NCBI GenBank assembly: GCA_049517335.1
Contig: JBEKSD010000005.1
Coordinates: 1 to 64,000 of the forward strand
DNA length: 64,000 bases
Direction: 5' to 3'
From: Candidatus Omnitrophota bacterium
GTDB taxonomy: Bacteria; Omnitrophota; Gorgyraeia; Gygaellales; Profunditerraquicolaceae
The position numbers were made by a program, and so were the translations under genes. The notes beneath the pieces are model-generated. The model saw nothing but the letters and a program-made list of their open reading frames with translations. It was not told the origin of the DNA and searched no databases. Position 1 is the stretch's first letter. Every line of letters starts with the position of its first letter. This document shows positions 8,052 through 18,933 of the stretch, one piece after another.

Positions 8052-9359
8052 TTATTCCTTTACGAAGCTTGCCAAACCGGTTGCGGATTGGATACCTGCG
8101 GCAACTTCTGGGATAATGCCTTTTTTGGCATAAATAGGATGGATTTTCTTTCTTATCTCAGGGAGCTTTAAGGCAAATATAAACGCAGCGATAACACAAG
8201 CTGAACCTCCGAATAATAAAGTATTCGTCGCCCCTATTCTGCCGGCTAAAGTTCCTGCCAGTAGGCTGCCGAAGGGGCTCATCCCCATAAAAGACATGGT
8301 GTAGAAACTCATTACCCTTCCGCGCTTGTCTTCATCTACAATAGTCTGCAATACCGTATTGCTGGAAGCCATCTGAACCATCATCCCGAAACCGCACAAT
8401 AACAATAACAGCATTGAAAACCATAAGGCCCGCGATAAAGAAAAAGCAATGATACCTAAGCCAAAAAGGCCTGAAGCGTAAGCGATTAATTTAGCTAAGC
8501 CTACAACACTTTTCCTGGCCGCCAGATAAATTGCTCCGATTAAAGCTCCGATGCCGGACATCGCCACAAGGAAACCTAGCGTATACGACCCGCCGTGAAA
8601 AATATCTTTAGCAAAAACCGGCATTAAAATCTGGTAAGGTACTCCCATCAGGCTGACTAACGCCAAAAGCGCCAAAATCCAAATAATGGGATAAAAATTA
8701 AAAGCATAACTTACTCCTTCTTTTAATTCAAGGAAGATATGCCGTTTAAGCGGTTTTATCTTTTTCCTGGCTACCTTCATTAACAAAAGAGACCAAATAA
8801 CCGGAATATAACTGGCCGCGTTTAAGAAAAAACATAGCCCTTCCCCGACGGAAGCGATCAATATACCTGCGATTGCCGGGCCGATTAAGCGCGCCGCATT
8901 CACCATGGAAGAATTAAGCGCAATGGCATTGGCTAAATCTTCCCTGTCTTCCACCATCTCTACGGTAAATGCCTGGCGTATCGGTATGTCAAAAGAATTG
9001 ACTACTCCCAACAGACCGCTTAAAAGGATGATTTGCCAAACTTTAATATTTCCGGTTAAAATAAGAATGGCGAGTATAAAGGCTTGAATTAATGAAAGGG
9101 TCTGGGTAACAACCAACATATTCCTGCGGTTATGCCTGTCCGCAAAAACACCGGCAAAGGGAGAAAACAGAAAGGTCGGGATTTGTCCGATAAACCCCAC
9201 AATCCCTAATAGAAAAGGGGAATTTGTCAGGCGGTAAACCAACCAGCTCAAAGCTATCTGCTGCATCCAAGTCCCTATCAGCGATATACTCTGACCTGCG
9301 AAAAAGAGGCGGTAATTCCTGTGTTTTAGCGCCCGAAATACATGTTTTAGGTTATTCAT
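8052..9359 (-). CDS. MFS transporter (MFS_3 type)
   Basis: About 12 TM helices; GVFADRHNRR motif A. Confidence 0.9.
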   Translation of the reverse strand: MNNLKHVFRALKHRNYRLFFAGQSISLIGTWMQQIALSWLVYRLTNSPFLLGIVGFIGQIPTFLFSPFAGVFADRHNRRNMLVVTQTLSLIQAFILAILILTGNIKVWQIILLSGLLGVVNSFDIPIRQAFTVEMVEDREDLANAIALNSSMVNAARLIGPAIAGILIASVGEGLCFFLNAASYIPVIWSLLLMKVARKKIKPLKRHIFLELKEGVSYAFNFYPIIWILALLALVSLMGVPYQILMPVFAKDIFHGGSYTLGFLVAMSGIGALIGAIYLAARKSVVGLAKLIAYASGLFGLGIIAFSLSRALWFSMLLLLLCGFGMMVQMASSNTVLQTIVDEDKRGRVMSFYTMSFMGMSPFGSLLAGTLAGRIGATNTLLFGGSACVIAAFIFALKLPEIRKKIHPIYAKKGIIPEVAAGIQSATGLASFVKE

Positions 9360-11325
9360 ACCTTAAGGCTTCAATGGGGTCAAGGCTAGAAGCCTTCTTT
9401 GCAGGCCAGAGACCAAAGACTACACCTACGATTAACGAGAATGTTGTGGCAAGAGTTATCGGGGATAAAGAAATTATTACTGTCCACCCTGTAAATAAAG
9501 TAATTAATAAGGAAATACCTATTCCGAAAAGAATACCAATCACGCCTCCGATAAAAGACATCAGAACTGCTTCAATAAGGAACTGTGTCATAATGTCTTT
9601 ATTGCTTGCCCCTATTGCTTTTCTTAAACCGATCTCACGCGTGCGTTCGGTTACCGAAACAAGCATTATATTCATGATGCCGATTCCTCCCACTAAAAGA
9701 GAAATCGCAGCGATACAGCCTAATAAAAGCCCCATTGTCTTGGTGCTAGACTCCATAGCCGCTTTGATATCAGCCATATTTCGTATTTGAAATGCATCGT
9801 CAGCATCTTTAGGGGCTACATGATGTTCTTTTATAAGAACTTTGGTTATAGCGTCTTGTGCCGGATCTATTAAATCAGGAGCAGGTGCCTCAACGTAAAT
9901 TTGATCAATATATTGTTTACCCATAAGCCTGTACATTGCGGTAGTTATAGGCACAATAACTGTATCATCCTGATCACGGAATCCTGTTGCGCCTTTTTGG
10001 GGCAAAATGCCGATTACTTTACAATTAATCAGATTTATTTTTATGGTTTCGCCTAGTGGGTTAGCATCTCCAAAAAGCTCCCTTACCACGGTAGTACCTA
10101 ATAAGGCTACCTTATTTCTCATTTTTACTTCGTCCTCAGTAAAGAATCTCCCAACCGTAGGGACAGCGGATCGTAATGGTGCATAATCTACCCCAACGCC
10201 TTCAACCTGCGTATTCCAGTTCTTGTTTTCATATACAATTTGCGCACGTCCTGTTACTGAAGGACTAATATATTTTACCAAATCTGTAAGTTTAGAGATG
10301 GCCGTTAAATCCTGAAAAGTAAAACGGGTGGTTGAACCGGTTTGTAAAGCTATGCCTTGTACTTTTGGAGATCCGGGCCTGACCAGCAATAGATTAGAGC
10401 CTAACGAAGCCAGTTGTTGTTCAATTGACTTCTGCGCCCCGCTACCCAGAGCAACCATAGCAATAACCGCAGCTACGCCTATAAGTATGCCGAGGATTGA
10501 TAAAAAGGCACGCATTTTATGCGCTAGCATTGCAAAAATTGCCTGTCTTATATAATCCAGAAACTCTATCCCCCCTTTAATTGTCGTGCCAGATTTTGAT
10601 AAAATATTTTTTACTAAATTCTCAGGAGGAGCAATTTCGGATATTTTGGCTTCCGTAGAAACAGCCTTATCGGAAATAATTCTACCGTCACGCATTTGAA
10701 TAATACGCTTGGCGTGCGCAGCAACTTCATTTTCGTGAGTGACTACGACAACGGTCTTGCCTTTTCGGTTTAATTCCTTCAATATAGCGAGTATCTCTTC
10801 CTTACTCTTTGAATCAAGATTACCCGTGGGTTCATCGGCTAAAATTATCAGCGGCTCATTGACTAAAGACCGAGCTATGGCAACTCTCTGCTGCTGGCCT
10901 CCGGACATCTCATTCGGCTGATGCAGCATCCTATCTTTTAAGCCGACCTCTTCAATTTTCTCCTTTGCTTTTTCCTTCAGGTGGCGCTTTCCCGCATAAA
11001 TCAAAGGAAGCTCGGCATTTTCTAAGGCAGTCATCCTGGGCAATAAATGGAACTGCTGGAAGATAAAACCCACCAGCTGGTTTCTAACCAGAGCTAACTC
11101 CTGATCAGAAAGCTTGGTTATTTCTGCGCCCCCTAAAAAATATTCTCCTGAGTCCGGCCTGTCTAAGAGACCCAGTACATGCATTAACGTAGATTTTCCC
11201 GAACCGGAAGCACCCATGATTGCGACAAACTCGCCTGAAGAGATCTTTAGGGATACATCACGCAAGGCCTCTACCTTAACTTGTCCCATCTGATAAGTCT
11301 TATATAAATTTTTTACTTCAATCAT
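9352..11325 (-). CDS. macB: MacB-type ABC transporter, ATPase-permease fusion
   Basis: [16 protein letters not shown], and [18 protein letters not shown] (FtsX-type permease). Confidence 0.92.
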   Translation of the reverse strand: MIEVKNLYKTYQMGQVKVEALRDVSLKISSGEFVAIMGASGSGKSTLMHVLGLLDRPDSGEYFLGGAEITKLSDQELALVRNQLVGFIFQQFHLLPRMTALENAELPLIYAGKRHLKEKAKEKIEEVGLKDRMLHQPNEMSGGQQQRVAIARSLVNEPLIILADEPTGNLDSKSKEEILAILKELNRKGKTVVVVTHENEVAAHAKRIIQMRDGRIISDKAVSTEAKISEIAPPENLVKNILSKSGTTIKGGIEFLDYIRQAIFAMLAHKMRAFLSILGILIGVAAVIAMVALGSGAQKSIEQQLASLGSNLLLVRPGSPKVQGIALQTGSTTRFTFQDLTAISKLTDLVKYISPSVTGRAQIVYENKNWNTQVEGVGVDYAPLRSAVPTVGRFFTEDEVKMRNKVALLGTTVVRELFGDANPLGETIKINLINCKVIGILPQKGATGFRDQDDTVIVPITTAMYRLMGKQYIDQIYVEAPAPDLIDPAQDAITKVLIKEHHVAPKDADDAFQIRNMADIKAAMESSTKTMGLLLGCIAAISLLVGGIGIMNIMLVSVTERTREIGLRKAIGASNKDIMTQFLIEAVLMSFIGGVIGILFGIGISLLITLFTGWTVIISLSPITLATTFSLIVGVVFGLWPAKKASSLDPIEALRYE

Positions 11326-11345
11326 TGTTTCCCTTAAATTGAACC

Positions 11346-12308
11346 TTATTTTTTCTTTTGACTAAAAGGCATAAACGGATTCTTACCAACGTTGTCGGTT
11401 GGCAGAACATATTTTTTTGACTTAACAATTATCTTATCATTTTTATCGACACCGGAAAGAATTTCATAATTCTTATCGTCGGTAATACCCAGTTCGATTA
11501 TACGCTTAACCGGTTCTTTACTGCCTTCTTGTTTTACTAATACATAATCCTGGCCCTTATCTTTATGTACCGCTTCAACAGGTAAAAGAAGCGCATTCTC
11601 TCTACCTTCGGACTTGAAATCTACGGTTGCGTTCATTCCTGAACGGAAAAAGGGCGGCACATTTTCCGGCAATAAATCAACATTATAGATGGTGACATTA
11701 TTTACAGTCTGTGATTCATAATAAATATGCTCTACGCTGGCTTTTATTTTTGTACCCGGATAGGCATCTAAGGTAATCACAGCTCCCTGTCCAAGCTTAA
11801 TTTTACCGATATCAGTCTCATCAACCTGTGCTCTGACTATCAGATGGTCTGAAAGTACGATTACAGCATCGGTAGTTGTAACGGTCTGGCCCGGTTGAGT
11901 TGTAGCTACTATAACCTCCCCATCTATAGGCGAAAGCAAAGCTATGGGTTTATATACTTCCTTCCAATAGTTTAATACTTTCTCACCCTGGCCTTCAGCG
12001 GCGTCAAGAAGAGCGGCACGTTCAGTAGAACTCATCCAGGCTAAAGGCTGCCCCACTTTTACCTTTTCTCCTTCCTGGACTAAAATACTTTCAATACGCC
12101 CACCAACCGATGGCTTAACTTCCAACCGGTTTTTTGGCAGGACCGTACCGGTAGTAGAAATGAAAGTCTCTATTGTACCCGTGGTAGGGGTAATTTCTTT
12201 CGTTATCTCCTTGTTAGAACCTTTACTTTTTATTTTCATGATAACGAACGCGGAAGTAATTAATATCGCGAGAATTACAAAAATATATTTTAGTTTTTTA
12301 TTGCGCAT
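11346..12308 (-). CDS. macA: MacA-type periplasmic adaptor (membrane fusion protein)
   Basis: N-terminal TM, SPIDGEV, VDETDIG; lies between the TolC and MacB genes. Confidence 0.85.
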   Translation of the reverse strand: MRNKKLKYIFVILAILITSAFVIMKIKSKGSNKEITKEITPTTGTIETFISTTGTVLPKNRLEVKPSVGGRIESILVQEGEKVKVGQPLAWMSSTERAALLDAAEGQGEKVLNYWKEVYKPIALLSPIDGEVIVATTQPGQTVTTTDAVIVLSDHLIVRAQVDETDIGKIKLGQGAVITLDAYPGTKIKASVEHIYYESQTVNNVTIYNVDLLPENVPPFFRSGMNATVDFKSEGRENALLLPVEAVHKDKGQDYVLVKQEGSKEPVKRIIELGITDDKNYEILSGVDKNDKIIVKSKKYVLPTDNVGKNPFMPFSQKKK

Positions 12309-13578
12309 ATTCTAATGTCTCTCCTTTCGCCTGGATCCAATTTGCCTCGGCCAGTAATGCATTGGCTTCGGCATTTAAAAAATCTGTCTTGGCCCTTACG
12401 AGATTGTCTTCGATAATTGTCCAGTTATCATAAGTGATAAAACCAGTTGAATATTCTGCCTCGGCTATTTTTGCCCGTTCTTCGGTTGCAACCAATTGCT
12501 TATTTTGAACATCCACGGTTTCAAGGGCATCCTGTAATGATGTCCAGGTTTGTGACAAGCTCACAATTATCCCGTCCTTGGTGCTGCGCTCGTTAGCCTC
12601 CAGCTGATTATACAATGCCTTTGCCTGGGCTACCTGGGCCAACCTTAAACCGCCCTCAAATATGGGTAAAGATAAAGTCAGTCCCAGATTCCATTGATCA
12701 CCCTGAGGAGACCAGTGGTTTCCGGCTTTGTCGGCGCCTGCCTGTCCGGAGAGAGTAGGAAAAAAATTGGCATAGGTAGATTTTAGACTAAATTCCGCAG
12801 CGTTCTTTTGCGCTATAAGCTGTAGTAAGGAAGGATGGTTTTTGGCTAAAGTTTCAAAATCCGGTCTAACCTTTGCCGAATCTTGAACTTTAAAATCTGC
12901 TTTTACTGACATAGGTATGAATTCTTTGCGCCCCATCTCTTTGGTCAGCTGCCTCTGCGCTAATTCAATATCCCTTTTTGCCTGCGCCACTTGAAAATTT
13001 GCCTGAGCTAAATTTGCTTCCGCAGTTAACAAAGCACCTTTATGTTCTAGGCCTGATTCATAACTCAGCGTTATCAATTCAAGATTATCTTTCCTTATCT
13101 TTACGATATCCTCGGTAACACGCACTAGTTCCTGAGCACTAAGCAAATTAACAAAAGCAGTCCTAAGCCTTAGCCTCACCTGAGTAGAGGTAAACTTATA
13201 AGCCTGCTGGGATGCCTTTATATTCTGCTCGGCGGCCTTTACATTATTAATTGTTTTGCCTGCGTCAAACAGTAACTGAGTTCCGTTGACACCATATGTG
13301 TAATTATCCTGCGTAGAACTGCCCGTATTGGTATTTACGGTTTTTGCGGTTGAGGCGTCCAAATTAGCGTTTATCTGGGGAAAAAGATTGCTTGCGGTAA
13401 TATTCTTACCTGCCTCGGACTGTTTTATGCTTTCCGTGGCGGCGATTAGATCAGGATGATTTTTCGCTGCTTCTTTAATACAATCCTGCCAGGTAAAAGT
13501 ATCCTCAGCCATAGAAATATTACAGATGGCAAAAATGAAGAATGAAGTCAACGTCAATATGCTGAAGTTTTTGCTCAT
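12298..13578 (-). CDS. TolC-family outer membrane efflux protein
   Basis: Signal peptide from MSKNFSIL at 13578; two OEP repeats (LFPQI, FFPTL, LPIFEGG). The track's extension to 13704 overlaps the AbrB gene. Confidence 0.88.
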   Translation of the reverse strand: MSKNFSILTLTSFFIFAICNISMAEDTFTWQDCIKEAAKNHPDLIAATESIKQSEAGKNITASNLFPQINANLDASTAKTVNTNTGSSTQDNYTYGVNGTQLLFDAGKTINNVKAAEQNIKASQQAYKFTSTQVRLRLRTAFVNLLSAQELVRVTEDIVKIRKDNLELITLSYESGLEHKGALLTAEANLAQANFQVAQAKRDIELAQRQLTKEMGRKEFIPMSVKADFKVQDSAKVRPDFETLAKNHPSLLQLIAQKNAAEFSLKSTYANFFPTLSGQAGADKAGNHWSPQGDQWNLGLTLSLPIFEGGLRLAQVAQAKALYNQLEANERSTKDGIIVSLSQTWTSLQDALETVDVQNKQLVATEERAKIAEAEYSTGFITYDNWTIIEDNLVRAKTDFLNAEANALLAEANWIQAKGETLEYAQ

Positions 13579-13582
13579 ATTA

Positions 13583-13828
13583 TCACTTAATATTCTTTGG
13601 AATTTTATTGCCCAACTTAGAAATAATCTTTTCCGCCCGCACCAGAAATTCGCTGAAGTCCCGTGAAGGCATAAGATTAATGACTTTCCCGTCGGGCTTG
13701 GCAAAAACCATCAACTGATCCCCGGATTTTATCTTAAGGGCTTTCCTTAATTCAGCAGGGATAACCAGCTGACCCCTCTCTCCTACGGTCACCGCGCCGT
13801 ATGTCTTTCCAGTAAAGATCATACGCAT
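13583..13828 (-). CDS. AbrB/MazE/SpoVT-family DNA-binding protein
   Basis: VTVGERGQLVIPAELRKALKIKSGD. Confidence 0.9.
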   Translation of the reverse strand: MRMIFTGKTYGAVTVGERGQLVIPAELRKALKIKSGDQLMVFAKPDGKVINLMPSRDFSEFLVRAEKIISKLGNKIPKNIK

Positions 13829-13887
13829 AATATTTACCCTCCTTCAATGAAAATCAAATCTTAGAATAAACATACTAATATGAAACG

Positions 13888-13926
13888 TATGAATAATATG
13901 ATATATTCCATTATTCATATTGTCAA
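13888..13926 (-). promoter_or_regulatory. Sigma70 promoter overlapped by an inverted repeat
   Basis: TTGACA(13926-13921)-N17-TATCAT; IR TATGAATAAT/ATTATTCATA at 13888-13919. Confidence 0.55.
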
Positions 13927-13969
13927 TAGAAATTTTATCTACTTGGTGGGTTAGACTAATTTGAAATAA

Positions 13970-14758
13970 TTACTTAAATTGGTCTTCGAAGGTGGGAGAT
14001 TCTTTTTTGTAGAAGACCCCTAATCCAATTCTAGCGTCACTATTATAATCCCACTCCCTGATTTTACTCAGAGCTTGGTTATAGTCAGCCGGATCGTGGT
14101 CTTTCAATTCGTAGACCCGCTTATCGTAATATTCATATAAATTATAATAAGTCACGCATACCTGCAATACATCTATCAATGAAAATCCTTTATGTAATAT
14201 AGCTTCTTTAAATATTGCCTTAAGCTGCTCTATCCCGTGGGAAGTCCCGCGGGCTAAAAAAGTAGCCCCGCTTGAGAGCATAAGTTCAAGCGGGTTTATG
14301 GGTAGCTCCTTTGTTCCCTCCGGAGTAGAACGGCCTTTAAAACCTAAAGGCGAAGTAGGCGTGTATTGCCCGGTGGTAAGCCCATAAACCCGGTTATCAT
14401 GTATTATCATGGTAATATCTATGTTTCTTTTGGCGGCAAAAACCAGATGTTCCAGCCCTTCGCCGTAGGCGTCCCCGTCTCCAGCAAAGCCGATTACTTT
14501 TAAACCCGGGCGCGCAATCTTTATGCCCTCTGCCGCAGGTACAGCCCTCCCATGCAGAGAATAGAAACTATTTACATTAATGTAATCTACGATCTTTGCG
14601 TGGCAGCCTATACCAGAAACCAACACAAAGTTTTCTAAAGGTATGCCTTCCTCATTTAAACTCTGCAGTACCACTTTTATCGCATTCATGATGGCAAAAT
14701 TCCCGCACCCCGGACACCAAGTATTCTGAGCATAAGTATTTAAGTTAACCGGGCTCAT
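13970..14758 (-). CDS. korB: 2-oxoacid:ferredoxin oxidoreductase, beta subunit
   Basis: WCPGCG, SGIGC, GDGD TPP motif, YGLTTGQ. Confidence 0.92.
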   Translation of the reverse strand: MSPVNLNTYAQNTWCPGCGNFAIMNAIKVVLQSLNEEGIPLENFVLVSGIGCHAKIVDYINVNSFYSLHGRAVPAAEGIKIARPGLKVIGFAGDGDAYGEGLEHLVFAAKRNIDITMIIHDNRVYGLTTGQYTPTSPLGFKGRSTPEGTKELPINPLELMLSSGATFLARGTSHGIEQLKAIFKEAILHKGFSLIDVLQVCVTYYNLYEYYDKRVYELKDHDPADYNQALSKIREWDYNSDARIGLGVFYKKESPTFEDQFK

Positions 14759-16407
14759 TGTATAGTTTTCCTCACTTCTTCTTCCAGCACCTCAACCGAG
14801 AACGGCCTGCCGTCATATTTTAATATCATTTTATCCACTTTAAATCCGTAAGCGCTGATTAAGCCGACAAGCTGGCTGGTTGCGTTATTTTCTACGGAAA
14901 TTAATTTTGTCACACCGGTCAGTGAATCTTGCAGGCGCTTTATGGGAAGAGGCCAAATTACCTGTACATGAATAACCTTAAGTCCGAATTTCATTGCTGT
15001 TTCAATACAGGCGCCTTTATTTGACCCCCAACAAAGTAAGGCTGTGGAAGAATTTACGTCTCCATATATATTTACGGCCTTATATGCTTGTAACTCTTTG
15101 CTCAAAAACTTCTCTTTACGCAGCCGTTTTTCCTGCATAACTTTTGTTATCGCAGGGTCCTCGGTAGTTATGCCAAATTCATCGTGTTCATAACTATTTA
15201 CCTTTATGACCGCATCTTTTTCCGGAACAAAAGTTAATGGCGATACGCCTGTTTGAGTATTCGTATATCTTTTGTAGGGTTGAGATTTATCCCACAAAGG
15301 TAAGACTTCTTCTTTTATTTCGCCTGCCGCGTCCTTATTAAAACTATACGCCCCTTCAGCCAGAGTTTTATCCGACAGGATTATTGCCGGTATCTGGTAT
15401 TTCCAGGCCAGATTCAGCGAAACTGCCGACCAGTAATATGCCTCTTCGGCATCGCCCGGCGCGACAATGAAACGCGGAAATTCACCCTGCCCGGCGTGCA
15501 GCACAAAATGCAGCTCTGTCTGGGACGTATAAGTCGGCAAACCAGTGCTGGGTCCGGGCCTCTGCCCTACAACGGCGACAATGGGCAGTTCAGCCATACC
15601 AGAAAAACTTAAACCTTCAGTCATCAGGCAGAACCCGCCTCCAGATGTACCTAAAGCGATCCTTTCTCCTACGTAGGCAAATCCTAAAGACATAAGCATA
15701 ACGCTGATTTCGCTTTCAGGATGGATAACCTTAAGGCTATATTCTTGCGCCTTTTCAGCCATAAAATGTAATATACCTGAAGAAGGAGTCATCGGATAGG
15801 CAATATATGCTTTAAGCCCGGCTTTAATCAGGCCCATGCCTATAGCTTCATTGCCCGTGACAAGAGGCATGAAATTATTGGATAAGCGCTCAATCTTTGT
15901 AATCTCTTGCGCTGCGTTATAGCCACGCCTTGCTACTTTTAAGTTTAGCTCAAGTTCTTTTGAAATATTCTTGCTGAATGTTTCGGTTAAAATATCCCAC
16001 TCAATGCCGGCGGCCCTGCAAAAACTGCCGATTATACAAGAATTACGCATTATTTCAGGGGCCCTCTCTTCCTGTATTATCTTCCCCAAAGGTATGCCTG
16101 TGCCGACTGATTTTACTGAGTCGGAATCATAAATAATCCTGGATTTATCCTTTATTCTTGCCTGATGAAAATTTACGCTATCCTGATTTAATGCCAGAAT
16201 AAAATCCACATTGTCGCGGTGCGCGGTAACTTCCTGATTAGAGGCGCGAACTATGGAAAACGTATGCCCGCCCCTAATAAGAGAAGGATATTCACGATAA
16301 ACATATATGCGATATCCTGATTTATTAAGGATCCCAGCAATAATTGAGCCGGCTTTATCTATGCCAAAACCGGCCTTTCCACCAATCAGTATGGAATATT
16401 CTTTCAT
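14755..16407 (-). CDS. korA: 2-oxoacid:ferredoxin oxidoreductase, alpha(-gamma) subunit
   Basis: YPMTPSS, TSGGGF, QRPGPSTGLPT. Confidence 0.92.
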   Translation of the reverse strand: MKEYSILIGGKAGFGIDKAGSIIAGILNKSGYRIYVYREYPSLIRGGHTFSIVRASNQEVTAHRDNVDFILALNQDSVNFHQARIKDKSRIIYDSDSVKSVGTGIPLGKIIQEERAPEIMRNSCIIGSFCRAAGIEWDILTETFSKNISKELELNLKVARRGYNAAQEITKIERLSNNFMPLVTGNEAIGMGLIKAGLKAYIAYPMTPSSGILHFMAEKAQEYSLKVIHPESEISVMLMSLGFAYVGERIALGTSGGGFCLMTEGLSFSGMAELPIVAVVGQRPGPSTGLPTYTSQTELHFVLHAGQGEFPRFIVAPGDAEEAYYWSAVSLNLAWKYQIPAIILSDKTLAEGAYSFNKDAAGEIKEEVLPLWDKSQPYKRYTNTQTGVSPLTFVPEKDAVIKVNSYEHDEFGITTEDPAITKVMQEKRLRKEKFLSKELQAYKAVNIYGDVNSSTALLCWGSNKGACIETAMKFGLKVIHVQVIWPLPIKRLQDSLTGVTKLISVENNATSQLVGLISAYGFKVDKMILKYDGRPFSVEVLEEEVRKTIQ

Positions 16408-16422
16408 ATTACTTAAGTGATA

Positions 16423-16611
16423 TCACTCTTGAATAGTAATTGCAACTACCGGACAATCTTCGGCAGCCTGCCTGCAAGTTTTTTCTACTGCCTTGGGAAC
16501 AGGGTTTACGTAGGCAATTGCTTTCTCTCCATCCATCCTAAAAATTTCAGGGCAGACCTGCGTGCACAATGCGCAGCCGATACAAGTTTCTGTATTTACT
16601 TGTGCTTTCAT
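16423..16611 (-). CDS. Ferredoxin (single 4Fe-4S/3Fe-4S cluster)
   Basis: CIGCALC...CP. Confidence 0.9.
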   Translation of the reverse strand: MKAQVNTETCIGCALCTQVCPEIFRMDGEKAIAYVNPVPKAVEKTCRQAAEDCPVVAITIQE

Positions 16612-17472
16612 TTAATCCCCCTCATTAAGGCTATCAATAATTTTCGCCATAATAAAATCGTTTTCCGTAAGACCGCCTGCTGCGTGCGTAGTGAGCGTTA
16701 TTTTAAGCTTATTATAAATAAGGCTAAAGCCGGGATGATGCTGCTGTTCTTCTGCGATAACGGAAAGTAGGTCAAGAAAATACTTTGCATCAAGAAAATC
16801 CCTGAATTTGAATTCCCTGACGATTTTCTTATCCTCAACTAACTGCCAATCCGGATGATGAACAAGCAGGCTTTCAACTTTTCCCTTAGCTAAAGCCATA
16901 ACCTTGCCCTCGCAGGGAACACAGTAGGAAGACAGTTCTTCCTTAATGACAGCGGAAGCGGGGGTTTTGATTACATCTTCCAATGTATTTAAAGCATTCT
17001 GATAATCGGGAGAAGCGGTTAATTCATTGACTATCTGGATATACCTTATAACGTTAAGCTTATCCAGAATAACTACGGTACGGGCAAGCAGGTTTAATTC
17101 TTTTATTAAGAAACCATAATTAATCCCGAAGGAAGAAGTTTTATAATCAGATAGTAGCGATACACCTTTGATCTCAAAAGCTTCACAGAATCTTTTTTGC
17201 GCGAAAGGCAGATCCTTGCTTATCCCCAAAATCACTACTTCATCATGAAGGCTACCCGCCCTCTTATTGAATTCTTTAACCTGTAGGTCGCAAACAGGGG
17301 TATCAATAGACGGAAATGATGTTAACACTTTTATCTTGCCGTTAAAATCAGAGAGCCTGACTTCCTTCAATTCCTGCGAAGTAACCCTGAAATCAGGGGC
17401 AATATTTTCCGCCTTTAAGGATCTGCCGGACAGAGTTATTGGAGCGCCTTTAAAATATATACCTTTTGGCAT
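16612..17472 (-). CDS. tpx: Thiol peroxidase fused to pterin-4a-carbinolamine dehydratase
   Basis: PSIDTPVC and SKDLPFAQKRFC (Tpx), followed by CVPCEG...HHP...TTHAAGGLTENDF (PCD). Confidence 0.9.
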   Translation of the reverse strand: MPKGIYFKGAPITLSGRSLKAENIAPDFRVTSQELKEVRLSDFNGKIKVLTSFPSIDTPVCDLQVKEFNKRAGSLHDEVVILGISKDLPFAQKRFCEAFEIKGVSLLSDYKTSSFGINYGFLIKELNLLARTVVILDKLNVIRYIQIVNELTASPDYQNALNTLEDVIKTPASAVIKEELSSYCVPCEGKVMALAKGKVESLLVHHPDWQLVEDKKIVREFKFRDFLDAKYFLDLLSVIAEEQQHHPGFSLIYNKLKITLTTHAAGGLTENDFIMAKIIDSLNEGD

Positions 17473-17477
17473 ATAAT

Positions 17478-17873
17478 TTATTCTACGGTTAATTCCTGCG
17501 AATTTTCCCAGAGGCCGTGAATATTACAATATGAAGAAACAAGAATCGTTCCCGATTTTTCCGTCCTGAAACTACATGCCACATAAGGATGTGTATAAAT
17601 TGTACTGAGATTTGGCCCCTGCACCGATTCGCCATGGGCGCTAAATTCAAATCTCCCTAAATTATAGGGGAACTTTTCTCCCTTAGCTAGAAAAAACAGT
17701 TCAATCCAACGGATATGATGCTCGGTTGTATTAGGATGCGGTATTTCTTTGCCCACGCTCACGACAACTTTAACCTCATCTTCTTTTTTTACCTTGATAG
17801 GTGCCTCGATTACCGGAACGTGTTTCTCCGCTTTCCAGTCCGCTTCTTGGAATAAGTCTTTAAGTTGTGCCAT
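17478..17873 (-). CDS. sor: Superoxide reductase (class II, neelaredoxin type)
   Basis: EKHVP, HPNTTEHHI and CNIHGLW iron-ligand motifs. Confidence 0.92.
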   Translation of the reverse strand: MAQLKDLFQEADWKAEKHVPVIEAPIKVKKEDEVKVVVSVGKEIPHPNTTEHHIRWIELFFLAKGEKFPYNLGRFEFSAHGESVQGPNLSTIYTHPYVACSFRTEKSGTILVSSYCNIHGLWENSQELTVE

Positions 17874-17956
17874 TGCTTTCCCTCCTTATTTTAAGCCTAC
17901 TTCCCAATAATAAAAATAACTCAGAATTCTGTAGCTTTAAATTCATATAAAATATA

Positions 17957-17997
17957 TTACCTAGATTTACTTATTCTTACTTAATATTACTTATAGT
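17957..17997. repeat. 10-bp tandem repeats TTACYTANNN upstream of sor, interrupted by the IS
   Basis: TTACCTAGAT TTACTTATTC TTACTTAATA TTACTTATAG; a fifth unit, TTACTTAATG, continues at 19553. Confidence 0.6.
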
Positions 17998-18023
17998 GGT
18001 TTTCTTCAAAACAAGTTGATATA

Positions 18024-18920
18024 TCACATAAGATGGTAATGTAACTCCCTCAAAAGCCCTTCCCAAGTCTTAAAGGGCAACTTAATCCCCGCCTCCTGTG
18101 CTGGCGTGGTATTCTTTAGGGTCATATGCGGTCTGAAGAAGTTATAATTTATAATAAACCCATCCAAAATTAACTTGGCGGTCTCCACCGATTTAAAACC
18201 ACGAAGCACCTTCGTCCTTTCCTTCAATGTGCTATGGAAACGCTCTATAAGATTTGTATTTATTGCCTCTGTGAACCCCTCTGATTTTATGTGTTCTGCG
18301 TGAGAGCCGAACACCTTTTTGAATGCCTTATTATATGCCCTCCACTTGTCCGATAGGATGAAATCTGGATATTTACCTGCCCTATCCCAAGCCTTTTTCA
18401 GTATGATAGAGGCATCCTCAATACTCCTTAAGGATGAAAGGTGGGAAGCCAAAAGGAAGCGTGTCTTTTCGTCTATAATATCCCAAAACCATACATTTTT
18501 TCCATTTATGTCTATGCCCGTCTCATCCACCACCCAAGTATTGCCCACCTTGAGCTTGTATCCCTTTAGAATATCTATTGCCTTCTGGGAGTATTCCATA
18601 ATCCAGTAATATATTGTATTTGGGGCAATATCATCGGAATATATTGTTTGCAATTGCTCGCTGATTTTGGTCAAGGACAATCCGTCAAAAAACAAGCCCA
18701 ATGCCACGCCTATCTCGGCAGTCGGGGTTTGCTTGTTTTCAAGGGTGTCCTTCCCGCCGAATTTACGCTTGCAGGTATAGCAGAAATACTGCTGTATGCC
18801 ATTCTGGATACCATAGCGGACAACATCGTCGGAACCGCAGTATTTGCATTTCATATCGGTTGTACGGCAGAGGTGCTTAAAATGGGTGCGTTTGTCAGGA
18901 TTTAAGGTTAAGTGGGGCAT
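18024..18920 (-). CDS. IS6-family DDE transposase with an N-terminal zinc ribbon
   Basis: CKYC...CYTC, WVVDET, LSDKW and NLIERFH DDE motifs. Confidence 0.9.
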   Translation of the reverse strand: MPHLTLNPDKRTHFKHLCRTTDMKCKYCGSDDVVRYGIQNGIQQYFCYTCKRKFGGKDTLENKQTPTAEIGVALGLFFDGLSLTKISEQLQTIYSDDIAPNTIYYWIMEYSQKAIDILKGYKLKVGNTWVVDETGIDINGKNVWFWDIIDEKTRFLLASHLSSLRSIEDASIILKKAWDRAGKYPDFILSDKWRAYNKAFKKVFGSHAEHIKSEGFTEAINTNLIERFHSTLKERTKVLRGFKSVETAKLILDGFIINYNFFRPHMTLKNTTPAQEAGIKLPFKTWEGLLRELHYHLM

Positions 18921-18933
18921 TTTATTTATTCCT

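Noticed and set aside
13579-13704. N-terminal extension of the TolC ORF in the track
   Set aside because: It overlaps the AbrB gene; a normal signal peptide begins at 13578.
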